Source: a virus
Lineage: Duplodnaviria > Caudoviricetes
Direction: 5' to 3' (one strand)
DNA length: 64,000 nucleotides
Virus record (IMG/VR): IMGVR_UViG_3300033066_002431
Span: 1-64,000 of that record
In this document: positions 1-8,934 of the stretch, in pieces
Layout: every line of letters starts with the position of its first letter
How positions within the stretch are numbered: position 1 is the first letter of the stretch
Program-made: the position numbers and the translations under genes
Notes under the pieces: generated by a model
Databases searched by the model: none
What the model was told of the DNA's origin: nothing
The model's input: only the letters and a program-made list of their open reading frames with translations

Positions 1-1677
1 CCGCCCAGGACGGACTTCGTCGTTCCGCCCGCCTCTTCGTGGGACGGCATCGGCACCGTGCTCGGCATGAAGGACGGCAAACCCGTCGTGCTCAACAACG
101 GTCGGATCCAGGTGTGGACGAGCGAGATGCACCGCGGCTACGCGGATGTCTCGAGGGGGCAACCGATCGCAGACGTCGCCGTTGCGCTCAGGGAAAGCTT
201 GTTGTCCGAGATCGACAGGCTCGTGCGCGCCGGCACGGAGCGTCTCTTCGAGCGGGCATGGCGCGAAGCCCTCGTGCGTCGCCCCGGCAAGGTGTTCCTC
301 CGCACCAGCGATGGCAACGAAGTGTCGTTCGACCTATCGGTGAACGAGACGCTCGGGACCGCGTACGAACGGATCGGGACCGCGCTGCGGGCGATGGCGG
401 GCGACGCCCCGCTCTTCGGCATGAAAGACGGGCGCTTCACCACCCTGCGCGCCAGCAAGCTCGTCCTCGGGGAGACGTGGACCGAAGGCGCCCCCATCCC
501 CGTCGTGTCTGGCGACTCCCTGGAGCGCGTGCTCGACAGAATCAAGGAAGCGCTGGTCCTTCGCGCTGGCGGGGAGGTCGTAAAGGACCAGCGCCTCGTT
601 GGCTCCAACGCGCTCGGCGATGGCCTCGTTGGCTCCAACGCGCTCGACCCCGAGGCGCGGAGAGAGGCTCTCGTGGACCTTCTGGCCAAGTTCCACAGCG
701 TTGGCGTCATGATCCGCGCGAATGAGGGCGGCGCACCTCCCCCGGAGCGCCGCCGCCTCGTCAACGCCGATCTACTGGGCCAGCTCGACCACCTCACCAG
801 GCAGGCTGCGACCATCGTGTTCGGCCCTGGCGCGCCCGCAGGGGGGCCGTTTCAGCCGCAGGCTCCGGAGGGCGCGGGTCCCATCCTCGGTATCGTGGAC
901 GGGCAGGCGACCGTGTTGCGGGACGGGGAATTGCAGCTCTCCGTCTGGAGTGGCGGCGCCGGCACCACACTCGGTGTCCCTGCCCGCAAGGCGCTCGGCT
1001 TTCACGCGCTCGGTGCGGGCATCATCCAGACCTTGACGGTCTTCGCGACCGGGGATGACCCCGGCCCCTTCTCGGCCGGCATCGGCCAGGTGGTCAAGGA
1101 CGGCAGCGTCGCCCTCTCGGACGGCGTCCGGAAGGTGGGCTTCCCGCTTACCGCCGGCTTGTCCTACGGCAAGGTAACCGCGCAGCTACGCGATCTCGCC
1201 GTGCTCCTCGCCGCCCGGTCGGACCCCGCCAGCGCCCCCCTTCCCGACCACAAGGGCCTCGCTGCGGTCCTCCGCGCCGCCGCTGGCCCCCTCGCCCCCG
1301 AGACCTTCGACTCGGTGGAGATCATCTTCGTCGCCGACCACGTGAGGGCCACGGCCGAGTTCTCCGCCGCGCAGGTTCGCACCATCCTCGCCGGGGGCGA
1401 CCCGTGGAAGGAGCCTGCCGCCCCCGCCTCCAAGGGCGGCTTCCTCTACGCCAAGACCGTCCTCGACGGCGTCTTCCTCATGACCGGTACCAACCTCGTC
1501 CCCGACGCTCCCCTCCCCAAGGGCCGCGCGGAGGTGGTCAAGACCGGCCGCTACTACACCGGCGACGCCATCCCCTGCGTCTGGAAGGGGGAAGGCTCCT
1601 GCTGGCCCACCATCGCCCGCTGGTCCTTCACCTCGCCCCCCGCGGGCGTCTCCACCTACGCGACGTCCGAGCCCTGA
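1..1677 (+). CDS. Hypothetical protein, 5'-partial, with about three degenerate internal repeats
   Basis: Frame is open from base 1. Repeated segments LGMKDGKPVVL / FGMKDGRFTTL / LGIVDGQATVL. Stop codon is followed closely by the next ATG. Confidence 0.65.
   Translation, partial: PPRTDFVVPPASSWDGIGTVLGMKDGKPVVLNNGRIQVWTSEMHRGYADVSRGQPIADVAVALRESLLSEIDRLVRAGTERLFERAWREALVRRPGKVFLRTSDGNEVSFDLSVNETLGTAYERIGTALRAMAGDAPLFGMKDGRFTTLRASKLVLGETWTEGAPIPVVSGDSLERVLDRIKEALVLRAGGEVVKDQRLVGSNALGDGLVGSNALDPEARREALVDLLAKFHSVGVMIRANEGGAPPPERRRLVNADLLGQLDHLTRQAATIVFGPGAPAGGPFQPQAPEGAGPILGIVDGQATVLRDGELQLSVWSGGAGTTLGVPARKALGFHALGAGIIQTLTVFATGDDPGPFSAGIGQVVKDGSVALSDGVRKVGFPLTAGLSYGKVTAQLRDLAVLLAARSDPASAPLPDHKGLAAVLRAAAGPLAPETFDSVEIIFVADHVRATAEFSAAQVRTILAGGDPWKEPAAPASKGGFLYAKTVLDGVFLMTGTNLVPDAPLPKGRAEVVKTGRYYTGDAIPCVWKGEGSCWPTIARWSFTSPPAGVSTYATSEP
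593..646 (+). repeat. 24-bp direct repeat, 30-bp period, in frame (LVGSNAL x2)
   Basis: gcctcgttggctccaacgcgctcg at 593-616 and 623-646. Confidence 0.9.
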
Positions 1678-1680
1678 GCC

Positions 1681-2625
1681 ATGACCGACACCCCCGCACC
1701 GTGCTGCCTGGTAGGCGCCCGCCCCGACGTGGACGCCATCAACGCCGCCTACGCCAACGGCGGCACCGTGCGGGAGGTCCACGCCCTCTTCCCTGACGTC
1801 TCCCGCGCCTCCATCGGCCGGCACCGCGTCTGCCTGAAGCGCCTCGGAGACATCTCCGGAGACGAGCACGAGACGCGCGGAGTCAACCGAGACAGCCGCC
1901 GCGCTCCGATGCGCCCCGCGCTTCCTCCCGCGAACGAGACAGCCGCCGGAGACAACGGGAGACGATCCAATGTGCTGCCCTTCCGCCGCACGGTCCGCCT
2001 CTCGGAAGCCGCCGGCCTCGCCTCCCAAGAAGCTCACGTCGCCTTCCTGGCGCGCCTCATCGAAGGGGACCGCTTCAGGTTCCGCCCCACCCTCGAATGG
2101 CTCGCAGCCGCATGGGGCATCCCCGATCACGAGGTCCGCGACCGCTACCGGCTCGCCGTCCAGCGGGTCTCCGCCGACAAGCAGGTGGAGTGCGCCGAGA
2201 AAGAGGTGAACCTCGCCGCTCTGGAGACCAAGGAAGCTGCCGCCATGAAGGAGTTTCGCAGGCTCCGGGTGAGCGAGCCCACCACCGCGAAGGGGTACCT
2301 CCAACTCGCGACCAAGTGCCGCATGGAGTACGCGACCCTGGCGGGGCTCCGTCGCACGCAGGTCGACGTCAACGTGAACATCTGGCAGCGCCCCGAGTTC
2401 GTGATGGCCGTCGATGCCGTCGTGGAGACGTCGCTCGACGCGCTCATCCCCCAAGCGGAAGCCGAGTTCCAGGCCATGGTGCGCGAGGTAGAGGCGAAGC
2501 TCGGGATGGCGGTCGACCCGAAGGTGGCTGCGGCCGTCCTCGAGATCGCCAGCGGCCGGATGCAAGAGAAGCTCGGTGCTCAGGTGCGGCAGGGTGCTGC
2601 GAACGAGCCCGCGGCTGCGGAGTAG
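1681..2625 (+). CDS. Putative terminase small subunit-like DNA-binding protein
   Basis: N-terminal C-C...INAAYANGGTVREV...VSRASIGRH HTH-like motif, helical middle and a VDVNVNI strand, resembling TerS-like phage proteins. Confidence 0.45.
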   Translation: MTDTPAPCCLVGARPDVDAINAAYANGGTVREVHALFPDVSRASIGRHRVCLKRLGDISGDEHETRGVNRDSRRAPMRPALPPANETAAGDNGRRSNVLPFRRTVRLSEAAGLASQEAHVAFLARLIEGDRFRFRPTLEWLAAAWGIPDHEVRDRYRLAVQRVSADKQVECAEKEVNLAALETKEAAAMKEFRRLRVSEPTTAKGYLQLATKCRMEYATLAGLRRTQVDVNVNIWQRPEFVMAVDAVVETSLDALIPQAEAEFQAMVREVEAKLGMAVDPKVAAAVLEIASGRMQEKLGAQVRQGAANEPAAAE

Positions 2626-2628
2626 CTG

Positions 2629-2898
2629 GTGAGCTACCGGAAGGCCCAGTTACCGTCGCTCCGGGAGTGGCTCACCCTGGACGAACTGGCGAGCGAGCAC
2701 CAAGCACGGGATCGGGCCGCTGCCGCGCCCTGTCCGGCGTTCGTGGTCGACCCGGCCGCGGTCTGCCCTCCGATGCACAAGGTCTTCGCCTATGTGCCGC
2801 CTCCCGCGAGGCGGCCCCGTGCTCTTGCCGTTGAACGTGCCCGAATGACCGTGGACGTACCGGGCTCCTTCGCAGATTGTCGCACCACGCTCCACTAA
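2629..2898 (+). CDS. Hypothetical protein
   Basis: GTG start with GGAG at 2619-2622; fills the gap between genes. Confidence 0.5.
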   Translation: MSYRKAQLPSLREWLTLDELASEHQARDRAAAAPCPAFVVDPAAVCPPMHKVFAYVPPPARRPRALAVERARMTVDVPGSFADCRTTLH

Positions 2899-2927
2899 AC
2901 CCGTGCTGTAGCGTCGCGTGGTGCGAC

Positions 2928-2961
2928 TGGACGCGCCCCGGCTCGTAACTACCTCCGGGGC
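2928..2961 (+). promoter_or_regulatory. Class-A leaderless promoter
   Basis: TGGACG-N16-TACCTC-N6-ATG. Confidence 0.6.
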
Positions 2962-3630
2962 ATGATGAACATCGAATTGGTGGGCCAGGACTGGTGGGTT
3001 CGCATTGCCGGGACGGCCATCGTGAAGCTAGACGCGAAGCCAGATGTGCCCGCGTGGGTGGTCAAGGCCGCGGCGGAGAAGGTCCTCCGCGAATTGGTGG
3101 TCAACGCCACGATCAACGGCGGCATCGTGACCGAAGAGGGGGACCGTCAGCCGCCCAAGCCCGCCTCCACGCTGAAGACGCTTCATGACGCGCTGCTTGC
3201 GAAAGCGCTGTCCTTCCTGCCGCCGCACTTGGTGCTGCCCTTTCCCGGCGAGAGCGAGCGCCAGGACGCGGCGGCCCTCCGCATCTACGAGATGCTGGCG
3301 CGGAACCCGCTCCCCGTGGAGACGCCCCCGACCGGCCTCGACGCCGTGACGGCTGCGCTCACCGCAGCCGGCTTCGTGGACATCTGCGTGGAGCGCGATG
3401 GTAGCCACTACAGGCTTACCGCCACGGGGAAGCTGCCCGAGCCTTCTGTCCGCCGGGAGACCAGCGCGGACCTCTTCCGGAGCTTCGCGGCGGCCAACGG
3501 GTTCCAGGCGGCGATGGGGCTGGACCCTGCGACGGCCCCGCTCGGCCTCATCGCGACGTGGATCGCCGATGGGCGGTTTTACCCTGCGTTCACCGAGTGG
3601 TGCTCCTCGCAGGCTCCGGCCCGCGGATAG
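2962..3630 (+). CDS. Hypothetical protein
   Basis: ATG 34 nt downstream of class-A promoter -35 (TGGACG at 2928); protein-like composition. Confidence 0.75.
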   Translation: MMNIELVGQDWWVRIAGTAIVKLDAKPDVPAWVVKAAAEKVLRELVVNATINGGIVTEEGDRQPPKPASTLKTLHDALLAKALSFLPPHLVLPFPGESERQDAAALRIYEMLARNPLPVETPPTGLDAVTAALTAAGFVDICVERDGSHYRLTATGKLPEPSVRRETSADLFRSFAAANGFQAAMGLDPATAPLGLIATWIADGRFYPAFTEWCSSQAPARG

Positions 3631-3652
3631 CGCGCGACTTTGCGACTGGCCG

Positions 3653-3686
3653 GTGACGCCACACCGGCCGTGTCTACCCTCCGGAC
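3653..3686 (+). promoter_or_regulatory. Class-A leaderless promoter
   Basis: GTGACG-N16-TACCCT-N6-ATG. Confidence 0.7.
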
Positions 3687-4073
3687 ATGAGCCCCCAAGA
3701 CCGCGCACGCGCTCTTCTGCGTCACCTCGATCACGAGGTGCAGCGCGCCGAAGAGGAGTACACGACCGCCCGACAGCAGGCTGCGGAGAGCGTCGTGCGC
3801 CGGCGGCAGCGCTTCCACCGCATCCGGAGCATGGAGTACGCGGCCGCCGTCAAAGAGCTGGCAGACATGCAGATCCATCGCGGCATGCCCGAGCTTGCGA
3901 AGCGCGACGATGACGTGGACGCGCGCTGGGAACAGGCGCTCACCGAGTGCCGATGGAAGCAGGTGCGCGCGGCATCGGAGTACGAAGGCGCGCGGCGCGT
4001 GGCCGTCGAAGCCGAGTTGATCGCGTTCGATGAGCGCCCGCGGTGGGATGCGCCGTTCAAGGCCGCCCGATGA
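3687..4073 (+). CDS. Hypothetical coiled-coil protein
   Basis: Leaderless start after TACCCT; ATGA overlap with next gene. Confidence 0.75.
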   Translation: MSPQDRARALLRHLDHEVQRAEEEYTTARQQAAESVVRRRQRFHRIRSMEYAAAVKELADMQIHRGMPELAKRDDDVDARWEQALTECRWKQVRAASEYEGARRVAVEAELIAFDERPRWDAPFKAAR

Positions 4074-4660
4074 GCAGCCAGCCACGGCGCGGCCGTCTCC
4101 CGCAAGAAGGCCACGAGCGCCCATCCGACGAAGCTCTCCTTGCCGCGCTGGAAGCGGCGGAGGGCAACGTGTCCCGGGCGGCTCTCGCGCTGGGCCTGCC
4201 GATGGCGACCCTCCGCACGTGGCTCGTGAAGCTGGGGGTCACGCGGCGGGGGAGGGGACGCCCGAAGGGGCACGCCTACCGGCCGGAGCTCCCCGAGCTC
4301 GTCGAGCTTCACGGCGGCATGCTCACGCCCATCGGCGCCGCCCTCGGGCTGACCGCGGAGCGCGCGCGGCAGCTCATCGGCCTGGCTGGTCTCGACGAGC
4401 GCGCCGAGCAGCTACGGGAGGCTCGTCGCCTCCGAGCGCTGGCTGTCCAGGAAGCCGAACGGGAGGCCCTGACCCTCGTGAAGGTGTGCATGGTGTGCAG
4501 GCGCACGTTCCGCACCGTGAAGACGCGGGTGCTCACGTGCGGGGCCGAGTGCTCACGCGAGCGGAAGCTGGCCATCACCCGGAAGCGCGTGCTGGCGATC
4601 TACTACGCCAAGAAGGCGAAGGTGGACGTGGAGTCGGCCGGTCCTACCCTGCGGGCATGA
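4070..4660 (+). CDS. Transcriptional regulator: Fis-type HTH, second HTH and Cys-rich Zn-binding motif
   Basis: ALEAAEGNVSRAALALGL (Fis/NtrC HTH), IGAALGLTAERARQLI (sigma region 4-like), CMVC...TCGAEC. Confidence 0.7.
   Translation: MSSQPRRGRLPQEGHERPSDEALLAALEAAEGNVSRAALALGLPMATLRTWLVKLGVTRRGRGRPKGHAYRPELPELVELHGGMLTPIGAALGLTAERARQLIGLAGLDERAEQLREARRLRALAVQEAEREALTLVKVCMVCRRTFRTVKTRVLTCGAECSRERKLAITRKRVLAIYYAKKAKVDVESAGPTLRA
4623..4656 (+). promoter_or_regulatory. Class-A leaderless promoter
   Basis: TGGACG-N16-TACCCT-N6-ATG. Confidence 0.7.
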
Positions 4661-5346
4661 CCGATCCCGCAACTACCCCCTCGACCATCGGCGACAAGCT
4701 CCTTGCGACCGTGGAGACCGCCTTCCGCGCGTTCATGACGGGCAGGGAGGCGCCGCCCCTCCAACCAGGCGACAGCACGCAGGCTGCGTGGGAGCGCTTC
4801 CGAGCGTGTCTCGAGACGGCAGAGCGCGGCACCTACGTCTGGCGCGCCGTTCCTAGCGAGCCCCCGACGGTCTCGATCGCCTGCACCTGCAAGCTGGCCA
4901 ACGACCCCAAGAAGGACGGAGCGCACTTCGCCACCAACCCGAGGTGCAAGATCCACGGGACGGCGCCCATCTCGCCGATGGTGCAGGCTGTGCGCGATGG
5001 CATGCCCTGGAAGGAAGCCGTTGCGCAATTCAGTACCGCCGCAGAGAGCGTCCCCCGTGCCCTATCGAAGCAGGACGCCATCGCGTGGAGCTCGCGGCTC
5101 GGGCCGGCTGCCCGCAGCATGGTCGACCTCGACAACCCGCGCGAGTGCGCGGACAGCTTCGGCGAGGGGCCGATGTCCGCTCCTCCCGAGGTCTACACCG
5201 CGCGGGAGATCGTGCGAGCGTACGTGCGGCATCTCGACGAGCACGGCATGTGCGGCGACGGCTCGGGCTGGCTCGATCCAACCGCTGGCACCTCCCCGTC
5301 GACCTCGCGCGCTTCAAGACCCTCACCACGGGGAACACCCTCGTGA
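4657..5346 (+). CDS. Hypothetical protein, probably chimeric at its 3' end
   Basis: Leaderless start after TACCCT; CTC...CKIHG motif; last ~20 codons overlap the DHFR frame and read as out-of-frame sequence. Confidence 0.6.
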   Translation: MTDPATTPSTIGDKLLATVETAFRAFMTGREAPPLQPGDSTQAAWERFRACLETAERGTYVWRAVPSEPPTVSIACTCKLANDPKKDGAHFATNPRCKIHGTAPISPMVQAVRDGMPWKEAVAQFSTAAESVPRALSKQDAIAWSSRLGPAARSMVDLDNPRECADSFGEGPMSAPPEVYTAREIVRAYVRHLDEHGMCGDGSGWLDPTAGTSPSTSRASRPSPRGTPS

Positions 5347-5699
5347 TGGGGCGCCGTACCTACGACAGCATCGGCAAGCCGCTCCCTGGCCGGCGCACGA
5401 TCGTCGTCACGAGCAACCCGCTCGTGACGGGTCGGCGGAGCCCCACGGTTTCGCAGGCATGGACCCTCCAAGAGGCGCTCCGCATGGCCTCTCCCACCGA
5501 GGACGTCTTCATCGCGGGCGGAGTCGAAATCTACCGCGAGGCGCTCGAACAGCGGGCCGTCGAGCGGCTCTACCTCACCGAGGTGCATCAGGATGTCCAC
5601 GGCGACGTGCGCTACATGCCCGACCTCGCCGATTTTCGCGAGACCGAGCGCACCGACATGCCGGAATGCTCGTTCGTGACGTACGCCCGCGCGCGTTGA
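5280..5699 (+). pseudogene. folA: Dihydrofolate reductase lacking an in-frame N-terminus
   Basis: WHLPVDLARFKTLTTGNTLVMGRRTYDSIGKPLPGRRTIVVT, FIAGGVEIY, LYLTEV and GD are typical DHFR motifs; no in-frame beta-A strand or start codon upstream of WHLP. Confidence 0.85.
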
Positions 5700-5730
5700 C
5701 CACGCCCCTCGCGTGTGCAGCTTCCGGCTC

Positions 5731-7428
5731 ATGCACACGACCCCCGTCCTCTCGCCGTCGTCGGGACCGTCCGACGAAGACCAGCAATACGCGCGCTTCC
5801 TGGAGACGATCCGGGAGCGCTTCGCGGTCGCCACCGCCAACACGCCCCACCTCTTCACGGTCGCCCACCCGTTCGGTTCGCCCACCCTCTACGACGCCTT
5901 CCTCGCCGGTCTGCCGGCGGAGCGGCGCCAGCACTACGATTGCCGCGCGTGCCGCCGGTTCGTGGACACCTACGGCGGGCTCGTCGTGATCGACAAGGAA
6001 GGCGTGCCGCGCCCCGCGCTGTGGGCGGCGTCCGATACGCCGCCCTTCTTCAAGCGCGCGGTCATGAACCTCATGCGGGCGACCATCGGCAAGACCGACG
6101 GCATCTTCTACGCCGACGAGCCGACGTGGGGCCTGCCGATGAACCACCAACAGCTCACGGCGATCGAGCACGGAAGGACGGCAGTCGTCACATGGCACCA
6201 CATGCACGTCGTGCCGCGCGCTGGCGTGGTGCAACCCGACCGGCGCCCCACGAACGTGACCGCCTTCCAGGCCATGGCCGAGAAGAAGCAGGACTTCGAG
6301 ACGCTCTCCCGCGCGCTCGGCGACTTCAACATCGAGACGCTGAAGCAGGCGAAGGCGCTTCTCGAGTCCGACGCCCTCTACCGCTCGGAGAAGGTGCTCG
6401 GCGTCGCGACGTGGCTCGTGGAGCTCGCCGAGGCCCGCGCGGTCGCCAAGGCTCGCATCTTCGCCGACAACCTAACGTGGCTGGCTGTGGCGTCGGCACC
6501 GGCCGGCTTCTGCCACGTGCGCTCGACGATGATCGGCACGCTGCTCGAAGACCTCGCCGCGGGGAAGCCCTTCGAGGACGTGAAGCGCGCCTTCGCCGCC
6601 AAGATGCACCCGATGCAGTACCAGCGTCCGACGGCGGCACCGTCCGCGGGCAACATCGCGCAGGCGGAGAAGCTCGTCGCGCAGCTCCGGACGTCTGGGT
6701 CGCTCGTGCGCAGGTACGCGCGGCTCGACGACGTGCTGCCGTACGCCCTGTGGAAGCCGGCGCCCCCGAAGACCGATCTCGCTGCGGGTGCGAAGCTGGC
6801 GTCCGGCGTCTTCGGTCACCTCCTCCCGAAGAAGGACCGCGGCCCCGTCGACAGCATCGCGCCCCCGCAGGTGATGACGTGGGTGAAGTTCCGCACGACG
6901 GTGCTCCCCACCGCCGAAGCGATCGAGATGTTCACCCCCGACTTCCGCGCGCCGTTCTTCTCGATGGTGACCGCGCTCGACCCGACCTCGCCGCCGGTCT
7001 TGCAATGGGACCTCGCCGAATGTCGCAACCCCGTGTCGTGGTACTTCCACCTCAGTGGCTCGATCGCGGAGGAGTTCGGCCTTCGCCGCCGGGAGTACGT
7101 ACCTGTCGAAGCGGTGACCTTGCAGCCGAACCAGTGGAGCGGTGACGGGTTCGCCCATCAGGGAGATGGCGCGTTCTTCATCCTCCGCGGCTGTCAGGAC
7201 AAGCAGCCGGCGAACGGCGGGCTCTTCGTCGAGTGCCTGAAGAGCGAGTATCACGGCGTGCGCGCGACGCTCGAAGCGCACCTGCGCACGTCCACGATCG
7301 CGGGCGCTCCCCTCATGAGCGCGTGCGGCATCGCGCTCCAGAAGAGTGGCAAGGTCCGCGACCCGTACACGCTGCGCGTCACGGCCGGCGGCGTGCGGAG
7401 CGTCTACAAGATCGACCGCTGGGATTGA
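5731..7428 (+). CDS. Conserved-looking hypothetical protein (about 565 aa) with HYxCxxC motif
   Basis: Long ORF with globular composition, QHYDCRACRRFV; alternative GTG start at 5713. Confidence 0.8.
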   Translation: MHTTPVLSPSSGPSDEDQQYARFLETIRERFAVATANTPHLFTVAHPFGSPTLYDAFLAGLPAERRQHYDCRACRRFVDTYGGLVVIDKEGVPRPALWAASDTPPFFKRAVMNLMRATIGKTDGIFYADEPTWGLPMNHQQLTAIEHGRTAVVTWHHMHVVPRAGVVQPDRRPTNVTAFQAMAEKKQDFETLSRALGDFNIETLKQAKALLESDALYRSEKVLGVATWLVELAEARAVAKARIFADNLTWLAVASAPAGFCHVRSTMIGTLLEDLAAGKPFEDVKRAFAAKMHPMQYQRPTAAPSAGNIAQAEKLVAQLRTSGSLVRRYARLDDVLPYALWKPAPPKTDLAAGAKLASGVFGHLLPKKDRGPVDSIAPPQVMTWVKFRTTVLPTAEAIEMFTPDFRAPFFSMVTALDPTSPPVLQWDLAECRNPVSWYFHLSGSIAEEFGLRRREYVPVEAVTLQPNQWSGDGFAHQGDGAFFILRGCQDKQPANGGLFVECLKSEYHGVRATLEAHLRTSTIAGAPLMSACGIALQKSGKVRDPYTLRVTAGGVRSVYKIDRWD

Positions 7429-7430
7429 GC

Positions 7431-7808
7431 GTGGCCCGCGTTCCTATCCATGACCTCCCTCCGACGGAGCGCCAACTACAGGTGCTCCGTCTCATCGCCA
7501 CCATGACGAAGCGGGATGGCTACACGCCATCGGTGCGGAGCCTGTCCGTGGCTCTTGGGCTCTCATCGATGGGGAGCCGCGATCACCTTTACAGGCTCAC
7601 CCTGAAGAAGCTGATCGAGCATGTGCCCTTCACGAGCCGCACGGTGAAGCTCACCCCCGCCGGCTACAAGGCGATCGGGTGGTGGTGCGGGGTCTGCGAG
7701 CGCCCGACGAGCGAGCTTTACGCCATCCCGGGCGAGTTCTCGATGCGGTGCGTGCCCTGCGCGAAGGTCGCGATGGCGGCCCCGCCGGTGATGCACTTCA
7801 CCATCTGA
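7431..7808 (+). CDS. LexA-like winged-helix DNA-binding protein with C-terminal CxxC/CxxC, no peptidase domain
   Basis: TERQLQVLRLI...GYTPSVRSL...LGLSS...HLYRL.KKLI...SRTV matches the LexA DNA-binding domain; followed by CGVC...CVPC. Confidence 0.75.
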   Translation: MARVPIHDLPPTERQLQVLRLIATMTKRDGYTPSVRSLSVALGLSSMGSRDHLYRLTLKKLIEHVPFTSRTVKLTPAGYKAIGWWCGVCERPTSELYAIPGEFSMRCVPCAKVAMAAPPVMHFTI

Positions 7809-7842
7809 TCGACGCGCACGAGATGCTGGTTATCTGAGCGGG
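7809..7842 (+). promoter_or_regulatory. Class-A leaderless promoter
   Basis: TCGACG-N16-TATCTG-N6-ATG. Confidence 0.6.
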
Positions 7843-8931
7843 ATGCGAACCCTCGCCAGCATCCAATCCATCGCTTCCCTCACCCCCATCAAAGGCGCCG
7901 ACGCGATCGAGTGCGCCCACGTCCTCGGCTGGGACGTCGTCGTCAAGAAAGGCGAGTTCCAGCCCGGTGACCGCGTCGTCTACGTCGAGATCGACTCCCT
8001 CTTGCCGGAGCGCCCCGAGTTCGAGTTCCTCCGCAAGACGTGCTTCAAGCCGGCCATCCTGGACCGGGACGGCAAGGAGTTTCTCCGCGCGGGCTTCCGC
8101 GTGCGCACCGTGAAACTACGCGGACAGGTGTCGCAGGGCATCTGCTTCCCGCTGTCCATCCTGCCAGATGCGACGCTCACAGCCATCGCCACCGACGCCG
8201 GTCCGTATGAAGGAGCCGACGTCACCGAAGACCTCGGCATCGTGAAGTGGGAGATCCCCGAGGAGCTTGGAGGGCATTCGCTCCCGGGCATCCAGCGGTC
8301 CACCTTCCCCGGTGACATCCCGAAGACCGACGAGACCCGCGTGCAGGTGCTCGGTGGGCTCGTCGCGCTGTGCAAAGGGCAGCGCTTCGTGTCCACCGAG
8401 AAGCTCGACGGCTCCAGCTTCACCGCGTTCATCCGGGGCGGCGCCTTCGGCGTGTGCTCCCGCAACCAGACGCTCGACCTCGCCGACACGACGCACCTCC
8501 ACGTGGAGCTGGCCCTGCGGCTGGGCCTCGAAGGCCGCATGATGGAGATGACGTCCAGGCTCGGCGACTTCGCGATCCAGGGCGAGATGGTTGGCCCACG
8601 CGTGCAGGGCAACAAGTACAACCTGCCCGAGAGGTCCCTCTTCGTGTTCGACGTCTACTCGCTCGTCACGAGCGACTACCTCTCTCCCGCTCACGCGCAG
8701 ACCATCATCGGCGAGATGGGCCTCTCGTCGGTGCCGTGGCTGCACGAGTTCGACATGGACCACAAGATCGCCGATCTCGTCGAGATGGCGGACGGCAAGA
8801 GCCTGCTCAACTCGGGCGTCCCGCGCGAGGGCATCGTGATCCGCCCGCTCACCCCCATGCGCGACGAGAAGGGCAACCGGGTGAGCTTCAAAGCGATCAA
8901 CCCGAAGTTCCTGCTCAGATACGACGCATGA
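7843..8931 (+). CDS. ATP-dependent RNA ligase, Rnl2/DRB0094-like family
   Basis: N-terminal LASIQ...GADAIE..V.GWDVVVKKGEF...VYVEIDS; nucleotidyltransferase motifs TEKLDGSS, QGE, FVFDV, REGIV, SFKAIN. Confidence 0.9.
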   Translation: MRTLASIQSIASLTPIKGADAIECAHVLGWDVVVKKGEFQPGDRVVYVEIDSLLPERPEFEFLRKTCFKPAILDRDGKEFLRAGFRVRTVKLRGQVSQGICFPLSILPDATLTAIATDAGPYEGADVTEDLGIVKWEIPEELGGHSLPGIQRSTFPGDIPKTDETRVQVLGGLVALCKGQRFVSTEKLDGSSFTAFIRGGAFGVCSRNQTLDLADTTHLHVELALRLGLEGRMMEMTSRLGDFAIQGEMVGPRVQGNKYNLPERSLFVFDVYSLVTSDYLSPAHAQTIIGEMGLSSVPWLHEFDMDHKIADLVEMADGKSLLNSGVPREGIVIRPLTPMRDEKGNRVSFKAINPKFLLRYDA

Positions 8932-8934
8932 AGC

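Noticed and set aside
594-616. LVGSNALG repeat resembles the portal motif RVGSNALG (about 20014-20034)
   Set aside because: Only about 21 nt, low complexity, with no flanking similarity; probably chance.
2620-2631. TAG followed in frame by the next ORF (possible readthrough or recoding)
   Set aside because: The downstream GTG has its own GGAG SD, and other TAG stops end genes normally.
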